Source: an uncultured Spirochaetota bacterium (lineage in GTDB: Bacteria; Spirochaetota; Brevinematia; Brevinematales; JAOACQ01). Taken from it: DNA of 64,000 nt. A program made the translations under genes and the position numbers. Position 1 is the stretch's first letter; each line of letters starts with the position of its first letter. The stretch is taken from positions 586,189-650,188 of the forward strand of contig CAWAOD010000005.1 in the NCBI GenBank assembly GCA_963783575.1, read 5' to 3'. Positions 42,284 to 52,046 of this stretch are shown one piece after another. The notes under the pieces are model-generated. The model worked only from the letters and a program-made list of their open reading frames with translations, was not told the origin of the DNA and searched no databases.

Positions 42284-43111
42284 TTATATTGAATTGAAAA
42301 TCTTGTCCAGAATTAAATCCTGAATATTTTCAGGAATTAATTGCATTATCCGGACGGCGAACCGGTTCCTGGCGATAATATAGCGGCGTCCCGGTTTCTT
42401 TTTATTAATGATTTTAAAAATCTGCCGGGCGGCATTCTCCGGGCTGATACCATGATTTCCACTGTCAATCATCCGTTTCGCGCCCGATTCGATGGATTTC
42501 CGGTATGATTCCCTGATTTCTGCCAAAAGACCTGATTCGGCTTTTTTCCAGGTAGAATTCCAGATGGGTGTTGCCACATTCCGGGGAGCTAAAATAACGA
42601 CGGGGATTCCTGAACGGGACAATTCCCGCCGGAGAGAATTGGCATAAGATTCTGCAGCCGCTTTGGAGGCGGAATATAATGAGAAATAGGGCATAGCGAT
42701 TTTCGCGGCTGTCGATGTGGTAATATAGATCCCTGCATGATTTTCCAGGCAGACCGGAATCAGAAGCCTGTTGATTTCGGCCATTCCGAAAAGGTTTACG
42801 GAGAATACTTCCCGGAACATTCTGGAAGTACAATTTTCCGCCGGTGAAATTGCCGCAATTCCGGCACAGTGGATCAGGGATTTTAATGAATATTTACCGG
42901 CCAGGCGAATTGCATGATCTGTGAAATATCTAATGGAATCAGTAGAACACAGGTCCAGCGCACAGGGAATAATTCCTTGTTGTGGGCTTGATTCCGGAGG
43001 ATTCAGATATCCGGCTAATACTATTATGCCTTTCAAATTTAATAATCCCGCCAGACTTTTTCCGATTCCGGAATCACATCCGGTGAGTATGCAGAATTGT
43101 TTTCCGGTCAT
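42284..43111 (-). CDS. Short-chain dehydrogenase/reductase
   Basis: TGCDSGIG, CAG, YSASK. Confidence 0.92.
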   Translation of the reverse strand: MTGKQFCILTGCDSGIGKSLAGLLNLKGIIVLAGYLNPPESSPQQGIIPCALDLCSTDSIRYFTDHAIRLAGKYSLKSLIHCAGIAAISPAENCTSRMFREVFSVNLFGMAEINRLLIPVCLENHAGIYITTSTAAKIAMPYFSLYSASKAAAESYANSLRRELSRSGIPVVILAPRNVATPIWNSTWKKAESGLLAEIRESYRKSIESGAKRMIDSGNHGISPENAARQIFKIINKKKPGRRYIIARNRFAVRIMQLIPENIQDLILDKIFNSI

Positions 43112-43401
43112 ATTAAAAACTCCTTAAGTATAGATTAATGGGTGTTTTCCCGGCAATTCAATTACTGTTAAAAAATTATAATGAAAATATTAAAAATATA
43201 CAATACCCATATACAAAATATTATTTTACTTTACATTTAAACTAAAATAAATAATTATAAATTTGACGGAAAAATGAATAAAGATCCTCTTCATAATCCT
43301 AAGCTGAGACAAGCATCCTTTTTTTGATTTTTTTTACAAATTTTATTATAATTATTTTCAGCTTTTAAATAAATTCAGAATAATATGGAGGTTATAAATA
43401 T

Positions 43402-43959
43402 ATGAGAAGAAGGTTAATATTGACTGGATTGATTACAATGTTCGCTTTGGCTGTTGTATTGAATGGATGTGCCAAACCGCCGTTACAAGAAAAATCAGCG
43501 GCCTCTGATGCAATGAGTGCTGCGGTTACTGCTGGTGCTGATAAGTATGCTTTGAATGATATGGGGGCTGCTGAAAAGTTATTGGACCAAGCCGAAGCAA
43601 ATATGGCTCAGAAAAAGTATACCGATGCTAAAAAAAGTTATGAGGACGCCAAAGCAGCTTTCGAAAAAGCAGCTGCTGGTGTAGATGCCGGGAAAAAAGC
43701 TATGATAGACCAAAATAATGCTGATCTTGCTACGATTGGAAAACAATGGGTGGATGTTACTACTGCTGCCAAAAAACTTGGCAAAAAGATGAAAGCCGAA
43801 GATTTAAAAGGTATTAACGCCGATGGTAAAGTTATTGCTGATGATCTTAAAGCCGCGAAAGATTCTAATGCTAACGATCCAGCTACCGCCCTAGCCAAAT
43901 TGAATGAAGTTAAGTCCTTAATTGGGAAGTGGAATACACAGGTTTCTGCAATTAAGTAA
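43402..43959 (+). CDS. Ala/Lys-rich helical lipoprotein (DUF4398-like)
   Basis: Lipobox LNGC-AKPP; A..AGADKYA pattern; strong GGAGG RBS. Confidence 0.7.
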   Translation: MRRRLILTGLITMFALAVVLNGCAKPPLQEKSAASDAMSAAVTAGADKYALNDMGAAEKLLDQAEANMAQKKYTDAKKSYEDAKAAFEKAAAGVDAGKKAMIDQNNADLATIGKQWVDVTTAAKKLGKKMKAEDLKGINADGKVIADDLKAAKDSNANDPATALAKLNEVKSLIGKWNTQVSAIK

Positions 43960-43970
43960 TAAATCAAGTA

Positions 43971-44016
43971 AAGAGGCCATCGTTTTTAGATGGCCTCTTA
44001 TTAAAAATTTTTTTTT
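43971..44016 (+). terminator. Intrinsic terminator
   Basis: AAGAGGCCATC/GATGGCCTCTT stem followed by a T tract. Confidence 0.8.
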
Positions 44017-44470
44017 GTTTACAAATTCAAACAAATCTAATAATTCAAAGTGTCATTGTAGATATTCTTATAGCACCACCTTATTCCAGGACTTCTAATC
44101 TTCGCGAATAACCGCTGAAGCAAATTAAACCTTTTTTACAGTAAAAATAGTTTTTTTGTGTTTACCGGAATCAAGATGATAAACAAGCAATGTCGCCGAA
44201 TTGAAGTAAGTGTTAATCTTATTGCTAATAAAAAATTCTATTCCGCCGACTCAAAAAAATAGGGTTTAGTCGGTGACATTTTAGATTTTTTGATTATTGT
44301 ATTTCCTCACAGTCCTTGAAGATGGACTCCTCGGGAATACAAATTTTACTTAAAGAGTACCAAAAAAGGGAGAGATCGGCATAATGCTGTATTTTCTTAC
44401 ATTTTATAGGGTTAAATACAATAAAAACGAGAACTTTTGACATTACGATGAAAAAGAATGGGAGTAAAAA

Positions 44471-45352
44471 ATGAAAATATTATTTTTTGTATTTGCGGCT
44501 GTTTTAATGGCAGCCTGTCAAAATCAATCCATATCAACATCATCCACATCATCCACACAGATGGCAGTACTTCCAGATTTGCCTGACGGTGTGACTGAGG
44601 TCAATGATAATGATTGGGGAATAATGGCCGATGATGGTTATGTATTGAACCGCAATCCATGGAACATAAAAGCAGCTTCCAAGCCCTATGCGCAAAATGT
44701 CTTTAAGGGTGTTTCGAATAGCATATCTTTCTTCGGTTGGCAATGGTACTGGAACAATACCAACGATTATACGGTACTTGCATACCCAGAGGTCTTCTGT
44801 GGTTGGAGTCCGTTTGGACCGATGGGTACTAATGGCCATACCCCTGGATATCCCTATATAATTGGCGGGCATGGTTTCCAATCTACATTCGATATCACGA
44901 TGGCAACCTCCCCAGTGAATGGGAAGAACACTTGGGATCTGGCATATGATATCTGGGTGCTGAATAGTGCATGTAATCCAACTAATTTCGGACGCAGTGA
45001 TATCAAAGCCGAGATCATGGTCTGGCTTGACAGCCGGAATTCGCTTCTTCCTCTATGGTTAGGACAGCCAAATGATACTCTGATTGCAAACGGATGCACC
45101 TTTGATTATTACTATTATCCAAACCAGGCTGATGGGAACGGTCCAGGAGGCACACATATTTATGCGGCATTCAGTAGTCAAACTCCGATCTATTTCTCTA
45201 CAAATTTTAACTTAACCATTTTTATAACCTATTTGGTAAATCATGGCATTATTACCTCAAATGATTATATTGCAACTGTCGAGCTTGGAACTGAAGTTGT
45301 AATTGGTTCTGGACAAACGGTTATCAAAAATTACTCTGTTATTGTTAACTAA
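44471..45352 (+). CDS. GH12-like glycoside hydrolase lipoprotein (paralog of 30116..31003)
   Basis: Lipobox MAAC; FFGWQW, YTVLAYPEVFCG, DLAYDIW, EIMVW, VELGTEV. Confidence 0.8.
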   Translation: MKILFFVFAAVLMAACQNQSISTSSTSSTQMAVLPDLPDGVTEVNDNDWGIMADDGYVLNRNPWNIKAASKPYAQNVFKGVSNSISFFGWQWYWNNTNDYTVLAYPEVFCGWSPFGPMGTNGHTPGYPYIIGGHGFQSTFDITMATSPVNGKNTWDLAYDIWVLNSACNPTNFGRSDIKAEIMVWLDSRNSLLPLWLGQPNDTLIANGCTFDYYYYPNQADGNGPGGTHIYAAFSSQTPIYFSTNFNLTIFITYLVNHGIITSNDYIATVELGTEVVIGSGQTVIKNYSVIVN

Positions 45353-45444
45353 TAAAACTGGGAAATATTTCTTCCGGATACTTTGTTTGGTTGGAATCTA
45401 TCATTTAAAAAAAAGGCAGGAAATAATATCCAGCACTTTTTTAA

Positions 45445-46581
45445 TTACTTCCCAACAGTCTGTTTGCCGGTTATAACAAAAGCTAAAATCATAACAGCGG
45501 CTATAAAAACCAGAAATCCGATGACAATTGCCCATGTTAAAGGCCTGCCGAAATTGAAGGTCCAGCCGATGCCGAAACGTTTTTCCACAAAGAGGGCTGG
45601 GTCTTTAGGATTATAATAATACTGCCCGAGGACCCAGAATTGATCTTCATTACGACTGATCGTTTTTTCTTTAGGGCTTTTTTTGTCTTTAATTTTGACA
45701 TTGCTTCCGCCCTGTCCCGTTGTGATGGAAAGTACGATAGCCCAGACAATAATAACAAAAACAGGAATTAAAATTACAACCGTCATTAATTTTAAATTAT
45801 TCATAGAAGTCAAAATAAACCACTGTACCAATCCGAACAGTATTACAAGAAGCAGTCCGCTAAACACAATGAATGCTGACCAGCGGTAACGGAAAATCCT
45901 GCTTTGTTCAATTGAAATAACTGCTTTTGAAGGATCCAATAGCTGTTTTGATTTTTTAATCACAATAAAAATCAGAATATATACCAGTGAAATAAATAAT
46001 TGTGTTCCCGGAAGGTAGAGGACACCCATTAATGATTTTTCCATCCATCCGTTAACATTACCGTTAAGGTCCCAATGCATGGGCATTCTGGGGGGCAGGG
46101 AAGGGTATAAATAATAAGTAAAAATCAAGGTGCCGAAAATCACGACAGCATACAGAATGAACCACAGCGGAGAAACTCTGATCATCTTCGAGCGGAATGA
46201 TGTATCTATTACCACGAATTGTTTGAATTCCCGGGTATAATTTTTTTCCGCTTTCAGCTTTTTCATTTGAAAATGCTTAATTAGATAAATTACAAAAAAT
46301 ATTAATAGCTGAACAACGTATGCTTCCAGAAATAAATACAGGCCCAGGTTTTCCGGAAGCTTCAAAACCGCCGGTACCATTAAAACAGTAATCACTAAAC
46401 CAGCAATGACGCTCTGTAATGTATAATCCCTGCGCATTTTAGCGATTGCTTCATCATGAAAAACCTGCTCGGGAATACTTACCCCAAAGCTGTCCGTTTT
46501 CCGGATAATATACGGCATAATGCTGAAAAATAGAACTGAAATAAATTGCATGAATAATAAAATTAATAAAGTAAATAACAT
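45445..46581 (-). CDS. DUF1648/DUF5808 membrane protein
   Basis: FGVSIP, LPPRMPMHW, YYNPKDPALFVEKRFGIGWTFNF. Confidence 0.9.
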   Translation of the reverse strand: MLFTLLILLFMQFISVLFFSIMPYIIRKTDSFGVSIPEQVFHDEAIAKMRRDYTLQSVIAGLVITVLMVPAVLKLPENLGLYLFLEAYVVQLLIFFVIYLIKHFQMKKLKAEKNYTREFKQFVVIDTSFRSKMIRVSPLWFILYAVVIFGTLIFTYYLYPSLPPRMPMHWDLNGNVNGWMEKSLMGVLYLPGTQLFISLVYILIFIVIKKSKQLLDPSKAVISIEQSRIFRYRWSAFIVFSGLLLVILFGLVQWFILTSMNNLKLMTVVILIPVFVIIVWAIVLSITTGQGGSNVKIKDKKSPKEKTISRNEDQFWVLGQYYYNPKDPALFVEKRFGIGWTFNFGRPLTWAIVIGFLVFIAAVMILAFVITGKQTVGK

Positions 46582-46666
46582 AAACTACTCCAAATTTTTA
46601 CTTGAAAATCTAACAAAGCATTCTGCGGCCAATGCATGAAATGCTATCGAGAGCAGCAAGATTTTG

Positions 46667-47065
46667 TTAATTCAACTTACTTGATTCCTTTTGGTAATCT
46701 TGAAATATCTCATGGCATATCTTGATAAAATCTTTTTCCTCCATATTCCGGCATACGGCTTCTGCGATAAATGGACGAAGGCTTTCTTTCAGAGTTTTCT
46801 GAAATTTTTCATCGCTGTACGGAATGATATTCGTCTGAACCACTACTCCCTTCTGCCGGTGGACCTGGACAAAACCGTCTTGCTTCAGAAGATTATAAGC
46901 CTTATTGACTGTATGTAGATTAATGCCCAGATCTGAAGCCATCTGGCGGATGGAAGGCATCATTTCGCCGGGTCTAAGCTCATGAGAAGCAATTGCCTGG
47001 ATAACTGCCGATCTTATCTGTAAATAAATAGGCACATCACTTTGAAAATCAATCCGGATAATCAT
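46667..47065 (-). CDS. GntR family (YtrA subfamily) transcriptional regulator
   Basis: PIYLQI, PSIRQMA.DLGINLHTVNKAY; short C-terminus. Confidence 0.92.
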   Translation of the reverse strand: MIIRIDFQSDVPIYLQIRSAVIQAIASHELRPGEMMPSIRQMASDLGINLHTVNKAYNLLKQDGFVQVHRQKGVVVQTNIIPYSDEKFQKTLKESLRPFIAEAVCRNMEEKDFIKICHEIFQDYQKESSKLN

Positions 47066-47083
47066 GATAATCTCCTTGTCCTA

Positions 47084-47126
47084 TCTGTTATACATATAAT
47101 ATAACAGACAATATTTATAAAGTCAA
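47084..47126 (-). promoter_or_regulatory. Promoter with overlapping palindromic operator for the GntR operon
   Basis: Minus strand TTGACT-N17-TATATT with TG extension; TCTGTTATA-N7-TATAACAGA (47084-47108) overlaps the -10. Confidence 0.75.
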
Positions 47127-47341
47127 TATTAAAATAAAAATTTTAAATTCTTTTATTTTTAACGGGAAGCGGGCATTTTTAGCAGAAGAAAATGCAGACG
47201 GCTGTGTTAAACAAGATATTTTTTCCATTTACAAATAAGTAAAAAAATCATATTTTTTGTAATATTTGTATCTTTCCGGTACGCTATCTTTGGTTGAAAT
47301 TATAAAAATTCCTATCAATTAACATACCTTGGAGGTATAAA

Positions 47342-48028
47342 TTGAAAAATATTTTTAGAAAAATGATGGTCTTAAGGGTTATATTGATATCTTTTGCTCT
47401 TTTATTATCGCTTGCCCTGAATGGTGAAAATATTAAAGTCTTAGAGCAAAATGGGTCTACTAATCTTAATCCTGTTTCTTTAACAACTAAAATTGTTTTT
47501 TATACTCCAACTAATCAAAGTGTCAGCATTTATAGTGTTTATTATCATCATCACCATGATGATTTGCTCAATATGCAACCGATTTGTACCGCACCGGCGG
47601 TGCTGGAAATTTCTAACGGTATATATGATTTTAATACCGGCGGCGCGTTTTTTTCACTTAACGCAGCGGGTGGCACACAGTATTGGAAAGTCCGGAATGG
47701 AAGATCTTGGGAACAGGGTTTCGGGCTTTGCCTTTCCTTAGGTGGGCCTATAGTGGGGGTATATGGGCTGATTGTATATGGTGTGGGTAATACCACAATA
47801 AAAAACAACGGTCCCTTAAGTGCACCTACGATTACTACTACTCATGATGCTAATATGTTGGTATTGGGTATTGTGGGTTTAGTAAGTTTGGTACCGGGCT
47901 TCATCTTGATTTATGATGGAAGACCTTATGCTGACCTCATAAATATCAAATTTAAAGAAAAGTTTTTTATGCAGAAAATGGCTGCCGGCAAAACAGCAAT
48001 GTTTACGGAACAGGCTCTTGCTGCGTAA
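47342..48028 (+). CDS. Hypothetical exported/membrane protein
   Basis: GGAGG + TTG start, signal peptide, two C-terminal hydrophobic segments. Confidence 0.6.
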   Translation: MKNIFRKMMVLRVILISFALLLSLALNGENIKVLEQNGSTNLNPVSLTTKIVFYTPTNQSVSIYSVYYHHHHDDLLNMQPICTAPAVLEISNGIYDFNTGGAFFSLNAAGGTQYWKVRNGRSWEQGFGLCLSLGGPIVGVYGLIVYGVGNTTIKNNGPLSAPTITTTHDANMLVLGIVGLVSLVPGFILIYDGRPYADLINIKFKEKFFMQKMAAGKTAMFTEQALAA

Positions 48029-48340
48029 TTGAGGACAAAAACGGTGAATACTGGCTGCTTTATCACCAAAAGGATTCGGCTGCAACTGGTTTTGATCGTT
48101 CGATTTGCTTGGCTTTGGTTTGGCGAATCCCGCATCCTGCATGGAAAAGCAACACGTAAGACTATATTGACCGGCCCGTCTGTTAAATAGTGGTATTTTC
48201 TAAATTTTTTAACGGATTTTATAGAGTATTGTTTATGAGGAAAGCATTTACCTATATCATATCCGCCAGAACGGACAACGGAACGAGCAGGGTCCATGTG
48301 CTGTCGATATAGTGTATTAATTATTTACAGCGCAATAAGA

Positions 48341-48580
48341 TTATTTATTAAACTTTATCAGGACTTTATTCCCCCAGGCTCCCGATCTCCATCGGACCAG
48401 CATGATTCCCCTGATCCATTCATCCGTAGCCATCGCAATCCATATTCCCATCAAACCGAGGCAAAGTTTGATGCCCAATAAATAAGCCCCGGCAACCCCA
48501 ACAATCCACATAAATATCATGCCCATATAAACCGGCTCAAAGCGGCAGCTTGCAGTTTTTCTTTGCAGGGACGCGTGCAT
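48341..48580 (-). pseudogene. MATE efflux transporter C-terminal remnant
   Basis: MWIVGV..AYLLG....LGLMGIWIAMATDEWIRG...RWRSGAW is a MATE C-terminus; no N-terminal part upstream. Confidence 0.75.
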
Positions 48581-48727
48581 ACACCACTAAAAGAAGCCTT
48601 GTAAAACCTTAAGCATTTCGAATAAATAGCAGGCAGTTGGGCTTGCATAATATTACCCGGATAAATATAATATTTCAAATTCTTAGATATCTTCAATAGT
48701 AGCCAGGTGGATATTCATAAAATTTTA

Positions 48728-48757
48728 TTGACATGGTTAATTATCTTATTCTATAAT
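48728..48757 (+). promoter_or_regulatory. Consensus sigma70 promoter
   Basis: TTGACA-N18-TATAAT. Confidence 0.7.
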
Positions 48758-48816
48758 AAAATAGAGTAAAAATACCAATATTGATTTTTAAATGCAATAT
48801 TTTATTGGGGGAAAAG

Positions 48817-49563
48817 ATGAAAAAAATACTGTGTGGTCTGATTTTTGTATTTACTATCTTGATTTTTACGGGAGCCTGGGGGCGTATGCCTTTCAAAGAT
48901 GGAAATACACTCTATATCCTGGCTTCTTCAGGGCTGAATATGCGCGATCAGCCGTCGAAAACCGGAAAAGCGGTTGTTTTAGTTCCTTATGGGGGTTTTA
49001 TCAAATTAACGCATACAACGCAAAAAAGTGAAGTTATTGACAACATCAGCGGAAATTGGATTGAAGCCGATTTTAACGGCAAAAAAGGTTTTCTTTTTGA
49101 CGGTTATCTGACCACTCTCAAACCGCCGGTTAAAGACGAAACTTTGGTCGTTTATGCTGACAGGCTATTCGAAAAAAGTAAATTTGAAACAGTGGAAAAA
49201 GACAAAGACGGTGAAATAACAGTTCAGCATTATAAAAACGGAGCTAAGCTGACTAAAAACTACAGCAGTATCTCGTCTATAATCGAACTTGTTGTACCGG
49301 ACATTTCGATCGAAGAGGGTTTTCTGATTCTCAGGCTTGTGTCGGGGATTCAATTTGAAAAAGACCCCTATCCAAGTGAGAGCAAGCAATATAAACAAAC
49401 AATTGAAGGTTTTGAATGGGATGTGGATGTGAATGTTGATAAGGATTCATCCGGGGACATTACCAATATCGGTGTCATAAAAGGACCGGGCGTTAGCCTT
49501 GGCATCAAGGTTTCTAAGGACAACCAGGGAAATGTCTTATTATCGAAAAGTTCAGTAGATTAA
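48817..49563 (+). CDS. Secreted SH3 (bacterial SH3_3) domain protein
   Basis: Signal peptide; SGLNMRDQPS, VPYG, GNW...GFLFDGYL. Confidence 0.8.
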   Translation: MKKILCGLIFVFTILIFTGAWGRMPFKDGNTLYILASSGLNMRDQPSKTGKAVVLVPYGGFIKLTHTTQKSEVIDNISGNWIEADFNGKKGFLFDGYLTTLKPPVKDETLVVYADRLFEKSKFETVEKDKDGEITVQHYKNGAKLTKNYSSISSIIELVVPDISIEEGFLILRLVSGIQFEKDPYPSESKQYKQTIEGFEWDVDVNVDKDSSGDITNIGVIKGPGVSLGIKVSKDNQGNVLLSKSSVD

Positions 49564-49696
49564 TAGTCGGGTGTTTTCTTATTGGATGCCGGTTATTGTT
49601 TTAAAAAATAGCTTTGAGTAGTTTGTCAAGAATTAGAATATATTTGAATCAGAAAACTGATTGAATCATCAGACAGGAGGCTGTTTTTAAGAAGAA

Positions 49697-49822
49697 ATGG
49701 CTGGCAGTGGAATTGGAAATCTGAGCACTGTAAAAGCATTGATCGATAAGCATGCCGATGTCAACATAAAATACAAAGGGTATAATAACAGGACGGTTTT
49801 AATGATGGCGGCCTCCCTCCTT
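49697..49822 (+). pseudogene. Ankyrin repeat remnant
   Basis: GNLSTVKALIDKHADVN...TVLMMAA; the rest of the listed ORF is antisense shadow of the next gene. Confidence 0.6.
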
Positions 49823-49825
49823 GAA

Positions 49826-50580
49826 CTAGTTACGCCCATTAAAATATTTGTCTATCTCCGGAATCTTAGGCGGTTTAAAGTTAAAAGACTTATAATTAAC
49901 AGTTATTTTAGTCGAGATGTTTGTCTGGATATTATACCCGATATAAAAAGGGCCGTTATAAGTAGTACTGTTTGTAGCCATATAAACATACAACACATTG
50001 CAGAATCCTGAAGGCGGGGCAGTCACTGTCTCTGTAAAATTATATGCGCCGCCCTGCGAAGGATATTCTGTCACCCCGTTGTTGGAGCAGTTATTATTAT
50101 TTGAATCCCAGTAAAAAAGCGTAGAAGCGTATTCATTCGGGGCTGAATAAACGAAATCGTAATTGGAGCCGATTGTAAGATCGCCCTGAAGCGGTGACAT
50201 GAGGGAAAAATCCCCTGAATAAACAGGCTCGTATTCATATGGGAAAGGATCGGGCGTAGGCGAAGAGCCGCTCGCCTGAACAAGGAATGCCGCCAGCAGG
50301 TTGGTGGGGCTTATGCAGCTGTCCCATAACTCGACTGTTGCGTAACCAGGATTTGCGGGAAGCATTTGTATGACGGCTGATTGCCCATTCCTGGAGAAAA
50401 ATGTCCGGTTATAATATTCGTTTGTATATGTTGTCCAAGTGCATGTCCAGGGCGCCGATCCGGCCGGGAGATTGATCTGCAGTGACGCGGCGTTAATGCC
50501 GGCCTGGTAAACTGGGGAGACAGTCCCTGAAAAAGTATATCCATCCGAAAAAAAGCGCTTGTCAGGCTGGACAGGCCAAG
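49826..50580 (-). pseudogene. 5'-truncated secreted beta-rich protein (no start or signal peptide)
   Basis: Frame of 49826..50365 stays open about 70 codons upstream (SDGYTFSGTVSPVYQAG...RTFFSRNGQSAVIQ) without an initiation codon. Confidence 0.55.
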
Positions 50581-50627
50581 ATTATATTATCTATTACATT
50601 AATAATCATATACTTTAATAAACGTGA

Positions 50628-50678
50628 CCTGTCTGCCGTCTACCTGCCGGAAATCCCGGCGTAGGCAGGCCAGGCAGG
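50628..50678. repeat. GC-rich imperfect hairpin (REP/MITE-like)
   Basis: CCTGTCTG...GTCTAC..GCCGG-AAATC-CCGGC-GTAGGC..CAGGCAGG nested inverted repeats. Confidence 0.6.
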
Positions 50679-50721
50679 CTGCTTGACCCGGTTTAATTCA
50701 ATTGAAGAAATGGAGGTTATT

Positions 50722-51948
50722 ATGATTTTTAGTAAAACATTTAACAAGGCAATATTCAGTCTCATCGGTCTAGCATTAATGGCCGGTCTGACCGCCTGTG
50801 CCAACAGTCCTTCCGGGACCAGTTCCAGCAAAACTTCTTCAGGTAACTTAACCAGTTCCAGTTCAACCGGCACGGTATTAAATGGAGTTCCGGTGGATTT
50901 AAAGCTCAAGTGTGTTGGTACTAGTAACTTAAAGTTAAAATCCCTATTATTCAGGGACAGTCCGGCACCGTCGGGGCAAACCATTACAAATGGAAACGGA
51001 TGCGGGCTCACGAACGGCAATGTTTTCGCTTTTACTCCGTCGTCCATGAAGTGCTCGATTGACTCTATATCGCTTTACGAAACAGTAACCACCGACAGCC
51101 AGGGCAATGCCGTCACTGCCGGTAAACAAATTACCGTTACAAACTCAACTTTTACTGTGGACATAGCTGGGGGAAGCGACTCAACTCTAATGACCTTCAG
51201 TTTCACTGTCCCGCCGGAAAATTTCGGTAGCTACCATGTGGTTAACTTTCAGTTCCACGGGCCTATACCTTATTCTGTCAGCGGAAATGTTGTGGCCAAT
51301 GGTATTACTTATAATTTTACCGATATACCGGTCACTATGAACAACGCGGGGAGGATGTTTGTGAGATCTTCACCTATTATAATCGACTCTAACAGTTCCC
51401 CCACCATTCAGGTTTACTTTGATACTGGCGACGGTGTCTATCTGACTTACAACAGCCAGGTAGCCAATTCAGGACCGGATTGCTGTCAGCTTACGAACAC
51501 CAATGGTTTGGCGCTGTCGAATACTTATATCGCCATAGGAAAGAATGAAACCTTCCTGATGTACGCGGGAAACGGCCAGCCAACTGTTAATCGTTATCTG
51601 GTCCAACTGGCGGCCGGTGATAATTCATGGGGGGATCCTACAAGTTTCGGAATAAAAATGACGGTAATTCAAGATACTGACGGATCGCTTGCGGGAGTAA
51701 ATTGGCAGGAAATGTTCTTCTCAAACTATAATGATGATAATTCTCATTTTGCTATAGCGCCATTATATGCTCCTTATTGTATTAGCAACATTGACGGAAG
51801 CTGGCAGATTATGGAGAATCCTTCCGTTCCAACAGGAATCACCGGCATAGATCTTTCTTTTCCAGCTTTTCAATTGGGAAACCATACAGGAGTTTTGCAT
51901 TTACCATCTAATACGAACCACAACTATATCTGCACAAATATGGATTAA
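50722..51948 (+). CDS. Hypothetical surface lipoprotein with Ser-rich tether
   Basis: GGAGG RBS; lipobox LTAC; SSSKTSSGNLTSSSST linker; beta-rich body. Confidence 0.8.
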   Translation: MIFSKTFNKAIFSLIGLALMAGLTACANSPSGTSSSKTSSGNLTSSSSTGTVLNGVPVDLKLKCVGTSNLKLKSLLFRDSPAPSGQTITNGNGCGLTNGNVFAFTPSSMKCSIDSISLYETVTTDSQGNAVTAGKQITVTNSTFTVDIAGGSDSTLMTFSFTVPPENFGSYHVVNFQFHGPIPYSVSGNVVANGITYNFTDIPVTMNNAGRMFVRSSPIIIDSNSSPTIQVYFDTGDGVYLTYNSQVANSGPDCCQLTNTNGLALSNTYIAIGKNETFLMYAGNGQPTVNRYLVQLAAGDNSWGDPTSFGIKMTVIQDTDGSLAGVNWQEMFFSNYNDDNSHFAIAPLYAPYCISNIDGSWQIMENPSVPTGITGIDLSFPAFQLGNHTGVLHLPSNTNHNYICTNMD

Positions 51949-52046
51949 GAATGTTTCAGGGATTACGGCTTATGTAATCCTCGCTTGGATTGGGTGAGAC
52001 AAATTTGTTTTCAGGTTTTTTAGTTTTCGGACAGGAGAATTAAAGC

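Noticed and set aside
44040..44400. ncRNA or gene remnant upstream of the GH12-like gene
   Set aside because: Only a weak CCGACT/AGTCGG stem and interrupted frames; nothing supportable.
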